A stretch of DNA of 64,000 nucleotides from Candidatus Berkelbacteria bacterium RIFCSPLOWO2_01_FULL_50_28 (GCA_001774395.1 MEZX01000002.1:96753-160752), one strand, 5' to 3'. Positions 45,882 through 57,201 are shown, counted from the stretch's first letter. The notes: generated by a model from the sequence alone, not told the origin. Numbers and translations are program-made.

Positions 45882-47000
45882 TTAACGGGTGGCCGACGTG
45901 CTCTTAAGGGCTTCGGCTAATTTTTCAACGTTGACGCTAAGGTCAAACTCTTCTGCTATTTTAGCACGCGCCAGGCGTCCTAGCTCTTTGATTTTTACCG
46001 GATCGTTAATTAAGCCGAGAAGCTTAGTCTCTAGATCACCAAGATTTCCTGGCTCAAAGAACAGCCCTTCGTTCTTGTCGAGTAGAATTTTGTTGCCACC
46101 AACGTTACTGACCAAGCAAGCGCAACCGGCGGCCATGGCTTCCATGATGGCGTTGGAGAGACCTTCGGAGAGCGACGGCATCACGAAAATATCAAACATC
46201 TTGTCTAGGCCGGCAACGTCTTTGCGTGAGCCTAAGAAGTGGATCTGCGGGTGCTGAAAAGCTTTAAGCGCCTCTTCGGCTTTCTCCTTCGGACCGGCAA
46301 AAAAGAAATGCAGATTCGGTCGTTTGCCAACCATCTTCATCGCCACGGTGGCCAAATCGTACCAGCCCTTCACCGATTCCAGTCGGCCAACGTAGCCGAC
46401 CCAAATATCGCCCGGTTTTTTCTTCAGGTCGCTTGGCGCCGCGACAGCGTCGAACTTATCGAGCTCTAGGCCGTTGTGAATGACAGTGTAATTGAGGCCG
46501 AGACGTTTGGCGTCTTCCACCAGCCCTTCATGTAATAGCACGACCTTATCGGCTGCTTTCATAATTCGGTTACCTACCAGCCGTGCATAGATAATCATCA
46601 CCAAGCCAACCAGCTTGCTTCTAGGAAACCAATTCACACCTGGGAAGGTATCGGTTTGCACAACCACTTTCTTGCCCATACGCTTCAAGGGCCAGATCGA
46701 GAGCGACGACCAGAACATATGTTTATTAATCAAAAAGGCGTCTGGTGACTCGGTGCGCACTAAACGTCGTACCGCTCCGTAAAGTCCGGGAATGATACTG
46801 AAGTTAACAGGGTCGGGTATAAACCAGTCCTTGATACGATGGATAGTCAAATTTGGTACCGGTCGCTCAACCGCGGCTTTTACTCCAGTAGTTAGTACAA
46901 CCACCTGATGATGCCGAGCCAACTCGAAGGCAGTCTTCTGACCAGAGATCATCCAACGATGCGGTTCGTCAAAATAAGGCACCACAACGAGGATTTTCAT
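45882..47000 (-). CDS. GT4-family glycosyltransferase.
   Basis: EGLSNAIMEAMAAGCACLVSNVGGN. Confidence 0.75.
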   Translation of the reverse strand: MKILVVVPYFDEPHRWMISGQKTAFELARHHQVVVLTTGVKAAVERPVPNLTIHRIKDWFIPDPVNFSIIPGLYGAVRRLVRTESPDAFLINKHMFWSSLSIWPLKRMGKKVVVQTDTFPGVNWFPRSKLVGLVMIIYARLVGNRIMKAADKVVLLHEGLVEDAKRLGLNYTVIHNGLELDKFDAVAAPSDLKKKPGDIWVGYVGRLESVKGWYDLATVAMKMVGKRPNLHFFFAGPKEKAEEALKAFQHPQIHFLGSRKDVAGLDKMFDIFVMPSLSEGLSNAIMEAMAAGCACLVSNVGGNKILLDKNEGLFFEPGNLGDLETKLLGLINDPVKIKELGRLARAKIAEEFDLSVNVEKLAEALKSTSATR

Positions 47001-47004
47001 CTAC

Positions 47005-48300
47005 CTACAGCGACCAGTAGACGCCGTTTTTGCCAACAATGTCGGCCGGAAAGAAGCTTTTCACGTCGATAACAACTGGCTTATCGTCGCCGAAGAGTTT
47101 TTTCATCTCGGTTTGGTCGAACTTCTTGAACTCATCGTGACCGACGGAAAGGATCACAGCGTCAAACTTCGCCCCTTCCGGCAGCTCGGCGTAGAACGGA
47201 AATTCGGAGTAGTCGTGCAGATCGTCTTTATTAACCACGGGGTCGTAACCGTAGATTTTAACCTTCAGGCGTTGCAGCTCGCGGATGGTGTCAGCGATCT
47301 TGGAATTGCGGGCATCGGTGCAGTTTTCTTTGAAGGTGAGCCCCATTACTAAGACTTTCGCGCCCTTAATTTGTTTTTCGGCGTCAATCAAGCTTTCAAC
47401 TGTCGCTTGGGCAACGTGCGCCGCCATCGAGTCGTTAATACGTCGTCCAGCCGTAAGCACTTGAGTGTGAATACCCAACTGCGCCGCTTTATGGACCAGG
47501 TAATACGGGTCAACGCCGATGCAATGGCCGCCGACTAGGCCCGGGGTGTAGCGGACAATATTCCACTTGGTGGTGGCAGCGTCGATCACGTCGAGCGTCT
47601 TGATGCCCATTTTCTCGCAGATCAAAGACAGCTCGTTCATCAGGGCGATATTAATGTCGCGCTGGCAGTTCTCGATAACTTTGGAAGTTTCGGCGGTTTT
47701 GATATTCGGCGCTCTGTGAATTCCGGCGGTAACGATTGAGCCGTAGAGCTCGCTTAAGGTGTCCAGTGTCTCAGGCGTGGAGCCGGACACAACCTTGACG
47801 ATTTTTGGAATGGTGTGCTCTTTGTCACCCGGGTTAACGCGCTCTGGCGAGTAGCCAACCGTAAAATCGCGGTTGTATTTCAGACCGGATTCCTTTTCCA
47901 GAATCGGCACGCACTCATCTTCGGTCGCGCCGGGGTAGACGGTCGATTCGAAAGTAACGATGGCGCCTTTTTTCATATTCTTTCCTACATCGGCACTGGC
48001 AAAGTGCAGAATTGATAGATCTGGGATGTTGGCCGAATCAACTGGTGTGGGGACGGCAACGATTACAATATCCGCTTCGTTGATGCGCTTGGCGTTGCTC
48101 GTCAAGTCAAGCTTGGCCGCTTCAACCTCCTCGATATCAACCTCGCCCATGCTCTCGATTCCCTTGCCGAGCTCCGCAATTTTGCGCTCGCTCTTGTCGT
48201 AACCAATCACGTGGTAACCAACTTTGCCAAACTCAACGGCTAGCGGCAAGCCGACGTAACCAAGACCTACAACTGCCAGGACGGGTTTTGTTTGTGACAT
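47005..48300 (-). CDS. Nucleotide-sugar dehydrogenase (UDP-glucose / UDP-N-acetylhexosamine 6-dehydrogenase family).
   Basis: Rossmann motif VVGLGYVGLPLAVEF; catalytic Cys region GGHCIGVDP. Confidence 0.85.
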   Translation of the reverse strand: MSQTKPVLAVVGLGYVGLPLAVEFGKVGYHVIGYDKSERKIAELGKGIESMGEVDIEEVEAAKLDLTSNAKRINEADIVIVAVPTPVDSANIPDLSILHFASADVGKNMKKGAIVTFESTVYPGATEDECVPILEKESGLKYNRDFTVGYSPERVNPGDKEHTIPKIVKVVSGSTPETLDTLSELYGSIVTAGIHRAPNIKTAETSKVIENCQRDINIALMNELSLICEKMGIKTLDVIDAATTKWNIVRYTPGLVGGHCIGVDPYYLVHKAAQLGIHTQVLTAGRRINDSMAAHVAQATVESLIDAEKQIKGAKVLVMGLTFKENCTDARNSKIADTIRELQRLKVKIYGYDPVVNKDDLHDYSEFPFYAELPEGAKFDAVILSVGHDEFKKFDQTEMKKLFGDDKPVVIDVKSFFPADIVGKNGVYWSL

Positions 48301-48305
48301 CTTAT

Positions 48306-49256
48306 TTACTCCTTTACAAAATGATGCAGGTTATTTTTATACCAATCAATGTAACGTTTAACCCCTTCCTCAAGATCAACCCGTGGCGCCCAATCCAGGA
48401 ATTTCTGCGTTTCCGAGGTATCGGGGAAGTTGCGTCTTGGTTCGGGCGCGACAAGCGCCTCGTAAACTATCTCCACCTTGCCCGGCACCAGGCGCTTGAT
48501 CGCTTCAACTATATCGAGGATCGAGTACTCGTTCGGGTTGGCGACATGAAGGATCCGATTTTTTGGTACTTTCGCGCTGACGGCCTTAATAGTCGCCTCG
48601 ACAGCGTCATCAACATAGGTGTAGTTTCGGAGCTGTTTCCCGTCGCCGTAGACGGTCAACGGCTTGCCCTGGAAAGCGAGCATCACAAGTTTGGCGATGA
48701 CTGCGGGGTAGTCGAGATTACCCTTTTGGCGCGGACCGTAAATGCTAAAGTATCTTAAAATTGTAATATTTTGGTCGTAAAGATCGTTGTAAATTTTGGC
48801 GTACATCTCGCCCACGGCTTTACCGACACCGTACGGGTGAAGCGGGTTGTAAGGAGTATCGGCAGTTAGGGTTCCTTCGCTACCGCCAAGAACTGACGAG
48901 CTCGAGACAAAAACAATTCCTCTTGTAACTTTGGCCTGCCGAGCGGCCTCAAAAACATTCAGCGTGCCGGTAGCGTTCGCCGCATGTGCCCCGAGCGGGT
49001 CGGCAATTGAACGCCCAGCGCGATTCATAGCCGCTAGGTGAAAAACAGTATCTTGTCCCTTAAATATGTCTTTGATTGCGTCGTAACTTGCGATGTCAAC
49101 CTGGTGAAAATCAACGCCAAGCGTTTTGATATGGGCTAGATTGTCATCGCCTGCACTTAAATTATCGATTACAGTTACCTTGTGGCCGTCCTTGATTAAT
49201 CTGTCGGCAAGGTGAGAACCAATAAAACCAGCTCCGCCGGTGATTAGCGCTTTCAT
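48306..49256 (-). CDS. NAD-dependent nucleotide-sugar epimerase/dehydratase (extended SDR).
   Basis: ITGGAGFIGSHL; catalytic YGVGK (YxxxK). Confidence 0.85.
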   Translation of the reverse strand: MKALITGGAGFIGSHLADRLIKDGHKVTVIDNLSAGDDNLAHIKTLGVDFHQVDIASYDAIKDIFKGQDTVFHLAAMNRAGRSIADPLGAHAANATGTLNVFEAARQAKVTRGIVFVSSSSVLGGSEGTLTADTPYNPLHPYGVGKAVGEMYAKIYNDLYDQNITILRYFSIYGPRQKGNLDYPAVIAKLVMLAFQGKPLTVYGDGKQLRNYTYVDDAVEATIKAVSAKVPKNRILHVANPNEYSILDIVEAIKRLVPGKVEIVYEALVAPEPRRNFPDTSETQKFLDWAPRVDLEEGVKRYIDWYKNNLHHFVKE

Positions 49257-49334
49257 GCCCAGTTAGAATAACAGAGCCAGTAATCTTTGTCGAGCCTGTT
49301 AAGTTACAGCCCGTTAGGCTAGAATACAGCTACT

Positions 49335-50453
49335 ATGGCAAGAATAGCTCTTGACGCGCGCTTCTATCGAGCCGGTACCGGTGGGATCGGTCGTTACAGC
49401 CGCAATCTACTCGGGGAGCTATTGAAGATTGACCGAGAGAATCATTACACAGCGATCATTACCCCCGAAGACGAAGCAGAGTTTGATCTCAGGGCCCCGA
49501 ATTTAGATAAGCTAGTAGCGCCGATAAGGCAGTACACGATGGCCGAGCAGACTAAATTTCTCTCAATTCTGAATGCCCAGAAGTTCGATCTAGTTCACTT
49601 TACAAACTTTAACCACCCAATTCTTTACCGACGGCCGTTTGTGGTGACGGTTCACGATCTGATTATGGGCCTCTACCCGACCGGGGCGCAGAAGAAGTCT
49701 CGAGTGCGCCGCGCCGCGTACAGGTGGGTGATGAACGACTGCAAACGGGCGCGTAGGATTATCGTTCCCAGCCAAGCCACTCGCAACGACTTGGTAACTA
49801 TGTACAAGTTTCCTTATGACAACATGGCCGTGACACCGGAAGCCAGCGAGCCACTTTTTCGCGAACACACCGAGAGAGAAAAGTTAGCCATCAAAGAGCG
49901 ACTCGGGCTGCCGAAAAAATATCTCCTGTTCGTTTCCCGCTGGGAGGCCTACAAAGGCCTACCGGTTCTGCTTGAAGCTTACCGGCAACTGACCAGGCAG
50001 TGGCCCGATCTTGGGCTCGTGATCTGCGGCAAGCCGAGCGCCCAAAACCCAGAGGTCGCCCTACTTGTAGAAGCGGCGCAGAGCAATAACTCCAAGATTG
50101 TGACGCCAGGTTTTGTAAGCGATGAGGACTTGGCGGCCGTCTACGCCGCCGCCGAAATTTACGTCCACCCGAGTAGCTATGAGGGTTTCGGTATAATGAT
50201 TTTGGAGGCCTTCGCCTCCGGAGTGCCGGTGGTAACAAGCAATACTTCGAGTTTGCCGGAAGTTGTCGGCAACGCCGGGTTATTGGTTGACCCAAAAAAT
50301 CCAGACGAGTTGACCAATGCGGTTGAAAAAATCTTGACCGACAAAAAAATGGCTGACGATTTGCGCGCGAAAGGTTTTGAACGCGTCAAACAATACTCTT
50401 GGGCCAAAATGGCCGCCCAAACGCTGGAAATTTACAAAGAAGTTTTGGGGTAA
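49335..50453 (+). CDS. GT4-family glycosyltransferase.
   Basis: EGFGIMILEAFASGVPVVTSNTSSLPEVVG. Confidence 0.75.
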   Translation: MARIALDARFYRAGTGGIGRYSRNLLGELLKIDRENHYTAIITPEDEAEFDLRAPNLDKLVAPIRQYTMAEQTKFLSILNAQKFDLVHFTNFNHPILYRRPFVVTVHDLIMGLYPTGAQKKSRVRRAAYRWVMNDCKRARRIIVPSQATRNDLVTMYKFPYDNMAVTPEASEPLFREHTEREKLAIKERLGLPKKYLLFVSRWEAYKGLPVLLEAYRQLTRQWPDLGLVICGKPSAQNPEVALLVEAAQSNNSKIVTPGFVSDEDLAAVYAAAEIYVHPSSYEGFGIMILEAFASGVPVVTSNTSSLPEVVGNAGLLVDPKNPDELTNAVEKILTDKKMADDLRAKGFERVKQYSWAKMAAQTLEIYKEVLG

Positions 50454-50505
50454 AGAAAAGGCCGCGATCTCTGACCGCGGCGCTTTGTTGGATTCGAAGC
50501 AGGAG

Positions 50506-51060
50506 CTACTCGTTGGTCCGACGGTTTGCCAGCCACACTAGTGGCAGGCCAAGCCAGATCCAAAACGGGTCGACGATGGTGACAGCAATGAGTACCGTCT
50601 CCATCCACTTGGAGTAGCGGATCCTCTCGCTGCTTTCGACGTCTTCCAGTTTCGGCCAGCGACCGTCAAGAAGAATGAAAGCCCAGCGAAGGGTGTACTT
50701 GACCCTCCAGCGGTGAGCCGGGTAGCTCACGATGGCTAAGGTCGGAGGCCCTTTAAGCTCGGAGCTGTTCGCCACAATGCGTCGAGCGTAATGCCACATA
50801 TCTCTTGCGGTGCAGCAAGCTCTCGCCTCAATTAGCCCAACTCGACTGCTGTACGGATCTCCGTCGAACCAACGTGAGTAGACCACTGCTTCACTCTCAC
50901 TGTAGGCGTCGCGCTGACCGCCAACTAAGTCAAACGGATCGGTCGAGAACTGGACGGCGGCTCGCAGTCTTTCGAAGCCAGGCTCGCTAGGCTCAAGCCT
51001 CTCCTGATTCCACATGCGTTTTTGTGTCCCAGCCGTTGGGACGACGATTCGTCTCTCCAC
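50506..51060 (-). CDS. DUF218 (YdcF/ElyC/SanA-like) envelope-biogenesis-associated protein with a C-terminal TM helix.
   Basis: LAIVSYPAHRWRVKY resembles the DUF218 LVTSxYHMxRA motif; C-terminal TM LIAVTIVDPFWIWLGLPLVWL. Confidence 0.45.
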   Translation of the reverse strand: MERRIVVPTAGTQKRMWNQERLEPSEPGFERLRAAVQFSTDPFDLVGGQRDAYSESEAVVYSRWFDGDPYSSRVGLIEARACCTARDMWHYARRIVANSSELKGPPTLAIVSYPAHRWRVKYTLRWAFILLDGRWPKLEDVESSERIRYSKWMETVLIAVTIVDPFWIWLGLPLVWLANRRTNE

Positions 51061-51244
51061 ATCAGTGCTCCTTTTTCAGGTCCGCCCTCTCGGGCGTACC
51101 CGAGGGTGTTAAGCGAAGTCTACCAGGTTCGAGGCCAAACGTCAAGGGATCAGGAGGGCATTTCGTGCCCCTTGTCGCACGCCTTGTAGTGAGTTAAAAT
51201 CAAACCGAGTTGAGGAGTTAAGATTTTATGGAGATCAATTAATT

Positions 51245-53257
51245 ATGACGATTGAGCAGTGGGTTTTATACGGTGCAACAGGAGCAGGGGTTCTGACGAT
51301 TCTTTATTCGTTATATCTGACGAGGTGGATTATGAAGCAATCTGCTGGCGACAAAAAGATGCAGGAGATCGCTCTGGCCATTCAGCAAGGCGCTAAGGCT
51401 TACCTAAATCGTCAGTACAAAACCGTCGGTATCGTCGCTCTAATCGCTTTTCTCTTACTCGGGTTTTTACTGAACTGGAAAATTGCCGCTGGCTTTTTGC
51501 TCGGCGCCGTTCTATCTGGGTTATGCGGCTACATTGGCATGAACGTTTCGGTTCGGGCTAACGTCCGCACGGCCGAAGCGGCCAAGAGTGGTATGAAGCA
51601 AGCCCTGAAGCTGGCCTTCCGCGGCGGCTCTGTCACCGGTTTGATGGTTGTGGGTCTCGGTCTGCTTGGCACGACCGCTTTTTATTGGATTACTAAAGAC
51701 GTCTCGGCGATGGTTGGCTTGGCGTTTGGTGGCTCATTAATTTCGATATTCGCTCGGCTTGGCGGCGGGATTTACACCAAAGCGGCTGACGTCGGAGCCG
51801 ATTTAGTGGGTAAGCTTGAAGCCGGTATTCCGGAAGACGATCCGCGTAACCCAGCGGTGATTGCTGACAACGTCGGCGATAACGTCGGCGACTGCGCCGG
51901 TATGGCCGCTGACCTGTTCGAAACGTACGTTGTGACTGCCGTGGCGGCGATGCTGCTCGGCTCAATTATTGTTCCTGGAAACCAGAACGTGGTTCTGTTC
52001 CCGCTGGCTCTCGGTGGTATATCCATTCTTACCTCGGTAATCGGCTCGTGGTTTGTACGAGTCTCCAGCGCCCCCAAACCTAGCATTATGCGAGCGATGT
52101 ATGTCGGTCTCGCGGTAGCCGCGATTTTAGCCGCAGCGGCGTTTTACCCAACGACAAAATGGCTGATGTCGGGTGTGGCCGAATTTGACTTTAATAAGCT
52201 GTTTGGCGCCGGTCTGATCGGCCTGGTGGTGACGGCATTGATGATGGTTATCACTGAATACTACACCTCGACTAAATATCGTCCGGTGCGAGCGGTGGCC
52301 AATGCCTCCGTTACCGGGCACGGCACCAATATCATCGCTGGCTTGGCCCTTTCGATGCGCTCTACAATGCTGCCAGTGATCGTTATTGCTGCGGGAACCT
52401 TGGGAGCGTTTGAACTGGCCGGACTCTACGGAGTAGCGGTTGCCGCCTTTGCGATGCTCTCCCTAACCGGAATTATCGTGGCGATTGATGCCTACGGCCC
52501 AATAACCGATAACGCTGGCGGCATTGCCGAGATGGCCGGTCTGCCGGACACTGTTCGTGTTGTAACCGACGAGCTTGATGCCGTTGGCAACACCACCAAA
52601 GCCGTTACCAAAGGCTACGCTATCGCTTCGGCCGGTCTGGCAGCGCTAGTGCTATTTGCCTCCTACACCCAAGAGATTGCCGCTCGTGGCCAAGACGTCG
52701 CCTACTCACTCTCCGACCCGTACGTGATTATTGGACTATTTATCGGTGGATTACTGCCGTATATTTTCGCGGCGATGTCGATGGAAGCGGTCGGTCGCGC
52801 CGCCGGCGCTGTCGTGGCCGAAGTTCGACGTCAGTTTAAAGAGCGCCGCGGTATTCTGGAGGGCAAGGTTAAGCCCGATTACGCCCGAGCCGTCGATATC
52901 GTTACCGGCGCGGCGCTGAAGGAGATGATCGTCCCCGCTCTATTGCCAGTTGTAATCCCTGTCTTGGTCGGTTGGCTCTTGGGCCCGGCGGCACTCGGCG
53001 GACTGCTGATTGGAGCTATCGTGACGGGCCTGTTTGTTGGACTGTCGATGACAGCTGGCGGCGCCGCTTGGGACAATGCTAAAAAGTATATCGAAGAAGG
53101 TAATCTTGGTGGCAAGGGCAGTGAAGCACATAAGGCCGCCATTACTGGTGACACCGTTGGCGATCCGTACAAAGACACCGCCGGCCCGGCTATTAACCCG
53201 CTCATCAAGATTGTCAACATCGTGGCGCTGCTGATCGTTGCCCTGGTGGTTCGTTAA
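51245..53257 (+). CDS. hppA: Membrane-bound proton/sodium-translocating pyrophosphatase.
   Basis: Signature [44 protein letters not shown]; 670 aa, about 16 TM helices. Confidence 0.95.
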   Translation: MTIEQWVLYGATGAGVLTILYSLYLTRWIMKQSAGDKKMQEIALAIQQGAKAYLNRQYKTVGIVALIAFLLLGFLLNWKIAAGFLLGAVLSGLCGYIGMNVSVRANVRTAEAAKSGMKQALKLAFRGGSVTGLMVVGLGLLGTTAFYWITKDVSAMVGLAFGGSLISIFARLGGGIYTKAADVGADLVGKLEAGIPEDDPRNPAVIADNVGDNVGDCAGMAADLFETYVVTAVAAMLLGSIIVPGNQNVVLFPLALGGISILTSVIGSWFVRVSSAPKPSIMRAMYVGLAVAAILAAAAFYPTTKWLMSGVAEFDFNKLFGAGLIGLVVTALMMVITEYYTSTKYRPVRAVANASVTGHGTNIIAGLALSMRSTMLPVIVIAAGTLGAFELAGLYGVAVAAFAMLSLTGIIVAIDAYGPITDNAGGIAEMAGLPDTVRVVTDELDAVGNTTKAVTKGYAIASAGLAALVLFASYTQEIAARGQDVAYSLSDPYVIIGLFIGGLLPYIFAAMSMEAVGRAAGAVVAEVRRQFKERRGILEGKVKPDYARAVDIVTGAALKEMIVPALLPVVIPVLVGWLLGPAALGGLLIGAIVTGLFVGLSMTAGGAAWDNAKKYIEEGNLGGKGSEAHKAAITGDTVGDPYKDTAGPAINPLIKIVNIVALLIVALVVR

Positions 53258-53295
53258 AGCTTGCCGTCTGTGGCGCAACGGGGTAGTCTCAGGTC

Positions 53296-55071
53296 ATGAG
53301 GTGGGTAAAATTCAGACGGGTTTTAAAGCGGCATCCAGGGTTGTTTCTGATCGCTGGGGCGGTTGTCGTTTGTTACATCGGAGCGGTTGTCTGGTTTTCT
53401 GGCAGGGTTTTACCGCGTGTATACGTTGGAGAAGTAAAGCTCGGCGGTCTAACCTACGAGCAGACCGTGCAAACCCTGGCAAAGTTCAAAAAGGATTCCG
53501 TTCCAGCCTCGGTTAATCTTCTTGCCAAAGGTAAGACCAGTCGGGTCAAACCAACTGACATAGGCTGGAAAATGGACGTCGAGAAAACTGCTAAAAAAGT
53601 TTACGAACTTGGCCGGCGCGGCAGTTCGAGTCTTTTTTACCAATTCAGAGCGCCATTTGCGAAGACAACCGTCGTGCCGATCGTTGACTACGATGCGGAA
53701 CGCCTGGAAGCGGTGATAAAATCGTTCACGGTCTCGGTGGACGAGCCGGCAATCGACGCCTCGGCAACGCTCGTAGATGGAAAGGTTGTTCCTGTCAGTG
53801 ACCAACAAGGCGAAGTGATCGACTTGGAGGGTGCAAAGGCCAAGATTCTGGACCATTTCAGTAATTTTCATGGTGGCGATATAGCGCTAGAATCAGTTGT
53901 TGATTATCCCAAGATCGTACTTGGTAGCGCGGCGCTGCTGCAGAAATCGGTTCAAGAGCTAGCCAAAACAGAGCTAACTCTAACGTGGGAAGGTGGTAAA
54001 AAGAAATTGAGTAAAAATGGAATCCTGAGTCTCGTTGGGTTTGTCGGCAAGGTTCAGGGTGGGGCGAGTGACCTTGGTTTGCCCAAGGTTCTAACGGCCG
54101 CTTTTACCGATGCTCGAGTTCAAAGCTACTTGTCTAGCATCTCGGGGCTGACCGACGATCCGGTCGTTGAGCCAAAGTTAGCGATCGTTGATAAGAAGCT
54201 GACCGTTCTTAAAGCCGCCAAAGCAGGTCGTATGGTTGATTTGAAGAAATCATCTGCCAAGATACTTCTGGCTTTGCGGAAGGCCGAGCAGAAACGAACG
54301 GTGGCCTTGATACTGAGAGACAGGCCTCCGACAATAGACGTCGCAAACCTTGGTAAGCTCGGCATCATAGAACGCATCGGCTACGGCGAGACCAGCTTTT
54401 ACGGGTCACCTCCAAATCGAGTTCACAACATCACTCGTGGCGTGGAAATCTTGCAGAGTGCTTTAATCCGACCCAGGCGCGAGTTTTCGACAACTGGGAC
54501 GCTGGGTGCGGTTGATAATACTACCGGCTATTTACCAGAGCTTGTTATTAAAGAAAAGCGCACCGTACCGGAGTACGGCGGCGGGCTCTGCCAAGTTTCA
54601 ACAACCCTTTTTCGGGCAATCTTAGATGCTGGACTCAAGGTTACAGAGCGAACGGCCCACGCTTATCGAGTACCTTATTATGAGCCGCCAGTAGGCCTTG
54701 ACGCGACGATTTATATGCCCAAACCCGACTTGCGTTTCTTAAACGACACCCCTGGTAACATCCTGATCCAAGGTCAGGTGGTCGGTAACAAAGTCATTTT
54801 TGAGCTGTGGGGTACGAGCGACGGCCGCAAGTCAACAATTGGCACACCGAGAATCCTGAGCACTACCAAGCCCGGCGAGGCGATCTACGCCAAAACAGAT
54901 ACTCTGCCCGAGGGTGAAATCAAACAAGTTGAGCTAGCGCACGACGGGGCGGCGGTGTTGGTGGATTACGTTGTGACACGCAACGGCAAAACCATAATCC
55001 AGACGACGTTTAAATCGGTTTACCAAGCTTGGCCAGCACGCTACTTGGTTGGCACAAAAAAGAAGAAGTAA
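53296..55071 (+). CDS. VanW-family protein, N-terminally membrane-anchored.
   Basis: VanW core YGGGLCQVSTTLFRAILDAGL; N-terminal TM helix. Confidence 0.8.
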   Translation: MRWVKFRRVLKRHPGLFLIAGAVVVCYIGAVVWFSGRVLPRVYVGEVKLGGLTYEQTVQTLAKFKKDSVPASVNLLAKGKTSRVKPTDIGWKMDVEKTAKKVYELGRRGSSSLFYQFRAPFAKTTVVPIVDYDAERLEAVIKSFTVSVDEPAIDASATLVDGKVVPVSDQQGEVIDLEGAKAKILDHFSNFHGGDIALESVVDYPKIVLGSAALLQKSVQELAKTELTLTWEGGKKKLSKNGILSLVGFVGKVQGGASDLGLPKVLTAAFTDARVQSYLSSISGLTDDPVVEPKLAIVDKKLTVLKAAKAGRMVDLKKSSAKILLALRKAEQKRTVALILRDRPPTIDVANLGKLGIIERIGYGETSFYGSPPNRVHNITRGVEILQSALIRPRREFSTTGTLGAVDNTTGYLPELVIKEKRTVPEYGGGLCQVSTTLFRAILDAGLKVTERTAHAYRVPYYEPPVGLDATIYMPKPDLRFLNDTPGNILIQGQVVGNKVIFELWGTSDGRKSTIGTPRILSTTKPGEAIYAKTDTLPEGEIKQVELAHDGAAVLVDYVVTRNGKTIIQTTFKSVYQAWPARYLVGTKKKK

Positions 55072-55149
55072 CCAAAAAGAGCCCAGGGTCTTGACTGTCG
55101 GCCGAAAATGAGGTAAACTCAGCGCAGTTTAACAACCGGAGGTGCGTCG

Positions 55150-55479
55150 TTGCCACACGAATTATGTCGGAAGTTCGCCGCGCACGGTAATTTTATGCGC
55201 GGAAGTAAGCTGCTGAGCTACGAAGAGTGGTCGATGCTGGCTCGTTGTCTACTTGACGCAAGCAAGCAACCCAGGGAGGATCTTTTCGACGAGGCCCAGG
55301 TGCTTGGGCGGGCGAGAGAGATGGAACGTACGTATCGTACTCGGCTGCCCGAGACGAAAGCCATCGCCAAGCTCCGGGATGCGTATTATTCGGGGCTGAA
55401 GAAACTCGAGGCCTACGAGTCGCCAGCGAGGCCAGTGCCCAAGCCAGAGAAGCGCTACTATTGGCAAGATAGAGACTAA
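55150..55479 (+). CDS. Hypothetical protein (TTG start).
   Basis: RBS GGAGGTG 6 nt upstream of TTG; preceded by TTGACT-17-TAAACT promoter-like elements (about 55101-55129). Confidence 0.45.
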   Translation: MPHELCRKFAAHGNFMRGSKLLSYEEWSMLARCLLDASKQPREDLFDEAQVLGRAREMERTYRTRLPETKAIAKLRDAYYSGLKKLEAYESPARPVPKPEKRYYWQDRD

Positions 55480-55590
55480 CAGCTTTCTCCCAAAGCCGCC
55501 GCGTCCTGAGGACTAGCAGGCCGGCGGCCCGATTTCTTTCCCTCGCTTACCCTCACGTGGGGTCGTCGGCAGACAGCTGCTCGGCGGCCC

Positions 55591-57201
55591 CTACTTTTTT
55601 GCTCCAGAGGCTCTAACTAACCCCGCAAATAGCGGATGAGGTTTATTGGGCCGACTTTTGAACTCTGGGTGAAACTGGCAGGCAATGAAAAACGGGTGGC
55701 CGTTAAGCTCGACTATCTCTACCAAACCAAGCTGCGGATTGACTCCCGAGAATCTTAGGTTTTGATCGGCCTCGAATTGAGGCAGAAACTTATTATTGAA
55801 CTCGTAGCGATGGCGATGACGTTCCTGAATTACTGGTTTTTTGTAAAGATTGCGGGCAAGTGTACCTGGCTTTAAATGGCAGTCGTAGTTACCGAGTCGC
55901 ATGGTCGCTCCGAAGCTACCGCTGATCATCTTTGCCACCTGATCTTCCATTAAGTCTATGACCGGCTCCTTCGACTTGCCGAATTCGGTTGAGCTGGCGT
56001 CTTTCAGTTTGAGCTCGTGGCGAGCGTACTCGACCACGGCCAACTGCAAGCCCAAACACAGCCCCAAGAAGGGAACTTTATTTTTGCGAGCCCACTCGAT
56101 CGCGAGAATAATTCCCTCGATTCCCCGTTTGCCGAATCCGCCGGGCACACAGATGCCATCGAGACTAGATGTTGTGAGTACTCGCGTCCCAGTTTTCTCG
56201 ATTTCTTCCGAATCGATGAACACGATCTCCAGCGCGAAAGGGCTTGTCCAGGCGGCCGCTTTGAGCGCTTCAATTACCGAGAAATAGGTATCTTTCATCG
56301 ACATATACTTGCCAACCAACCCAATCCGTAATTTCTGTTCTTTTTGGGAGTCGATTAGCTTTATTAGGCGAGCCCAGGATTTATCGGAGCTAGGCGACCT
56401 AGCGAGACGGAGGTGCTTCATAACCAACTCGTCAACACCTTGTCGCTGCATTATTCGGGGAACCTTGTAGATTGAGTCGACAGTTTCGAGCGCCACAACC
56501 TGCTCGTTTTTTAGCCCAGCAAACATAGCGATTTTTTCCAATTGCCTTTTTTTCACGGGAAAATCAGTCCGACAAAATACCAGGTTCGGGTGGATCCCCC
56601 GCTCGCGCAGATCGATTATTGAATTCTGAATCGGCTTAGTTTTCAGCTCTTCGGAAACTGGCAAATACGGCAAGTAGCCGACGTGGACGAAAAAGGCATC
56701 ACTGTTCTTTTCGTGTCCCACTTGGCGGATGGCTTCGATAAAGTGGGCCGATTCGATATCGCCGATAGTTCCGCCGATTTCGGTTATCACCACCTTGGCT
56801 CGAGATTGTTGGGCGGCAAGAAAGAGCCGTCGTTTTATCTCGTCGGTGATATGCGGGATAACTTGAACAGTTTTGCCCAAGTAAACGCCGTTCCGCTCGT
56901 TTTCGATAACTTTTTGGTAGATAGAGCCGCTCATTATCGACGAGTCACGGTTCAGCTCGACGTCCAGAAAGCGTTCGTAGTGACCCAAATCCAGATCGGT
57001 TTCTGCTCCGTCGGCAGTTACAAAACACTCGCCGTGTTCGCCCGGGTTCAGAGTACCGGCGTCGACGTTCAAGTACGGATCAAATTTCTGAATATAAACC
57101 GAGTGACCGTGACTTTTCAGGAGGTTGCCAAGTGAGGCGGCTACAACGCCTTTGCCTAAACCGGAGAGAACTCCGCCGGTAACGAAAATGTATTTCGTCA
57201 T
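55591..57201 (-). CDS. pyrG: CTP synthase.
   Basis: MTKYIFVTGGVLSGLGKGVVAASLG N-terminus; C-terminal glutamine amidotransferase domain (GLCLGLQ). Confidence 0.95.
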   Translation of the reverse strand: MTKYIFVTGGVLSGLGKGVVAASLGNLLKSHGHSVYIQKFDPYLNVDAGTLNPGEHGECFVTADGAETDLDLGHYERFLDVELNRDSSIMSGSIYQKVIENERNGVYLGKTVQVIPHITDEIKRRLFLAAQQSRAKVVITEIGGTIGDIESAHFIEAIRQVGHEKNSDAFFVHVGYLPYLPVSEELKTKPIQNSIIDLRERGIHPNLVFCRTDFPVKKRQLEKIAMFAGLKNEQVVALETVDSIYKVPRIMQRQGVDELVMKHLRLARSPSSDKSWARLIKLIDSQKEQKLRIGLVGKYMSMKDTYFSVIEALKAAAWTSPFALEIVFIDSEEIEKTGTRVLTTSSLDGICVPGGFGKRGIEGIILAIEWARKNKVPFLGLCLGLQLAVVEYARHELKLKDASSTEFGKSKEPVIDLMEDQVAKMISGSFGATMRLGNYDCHLKPGTLARNLYKKPVIQERHRHRYEFNNKFLPQFEADQNLRFSGVNPQLGLVEIVELNGHPFFIACQFHPEFKSRPNKPHPLFAGLVRASGAKK

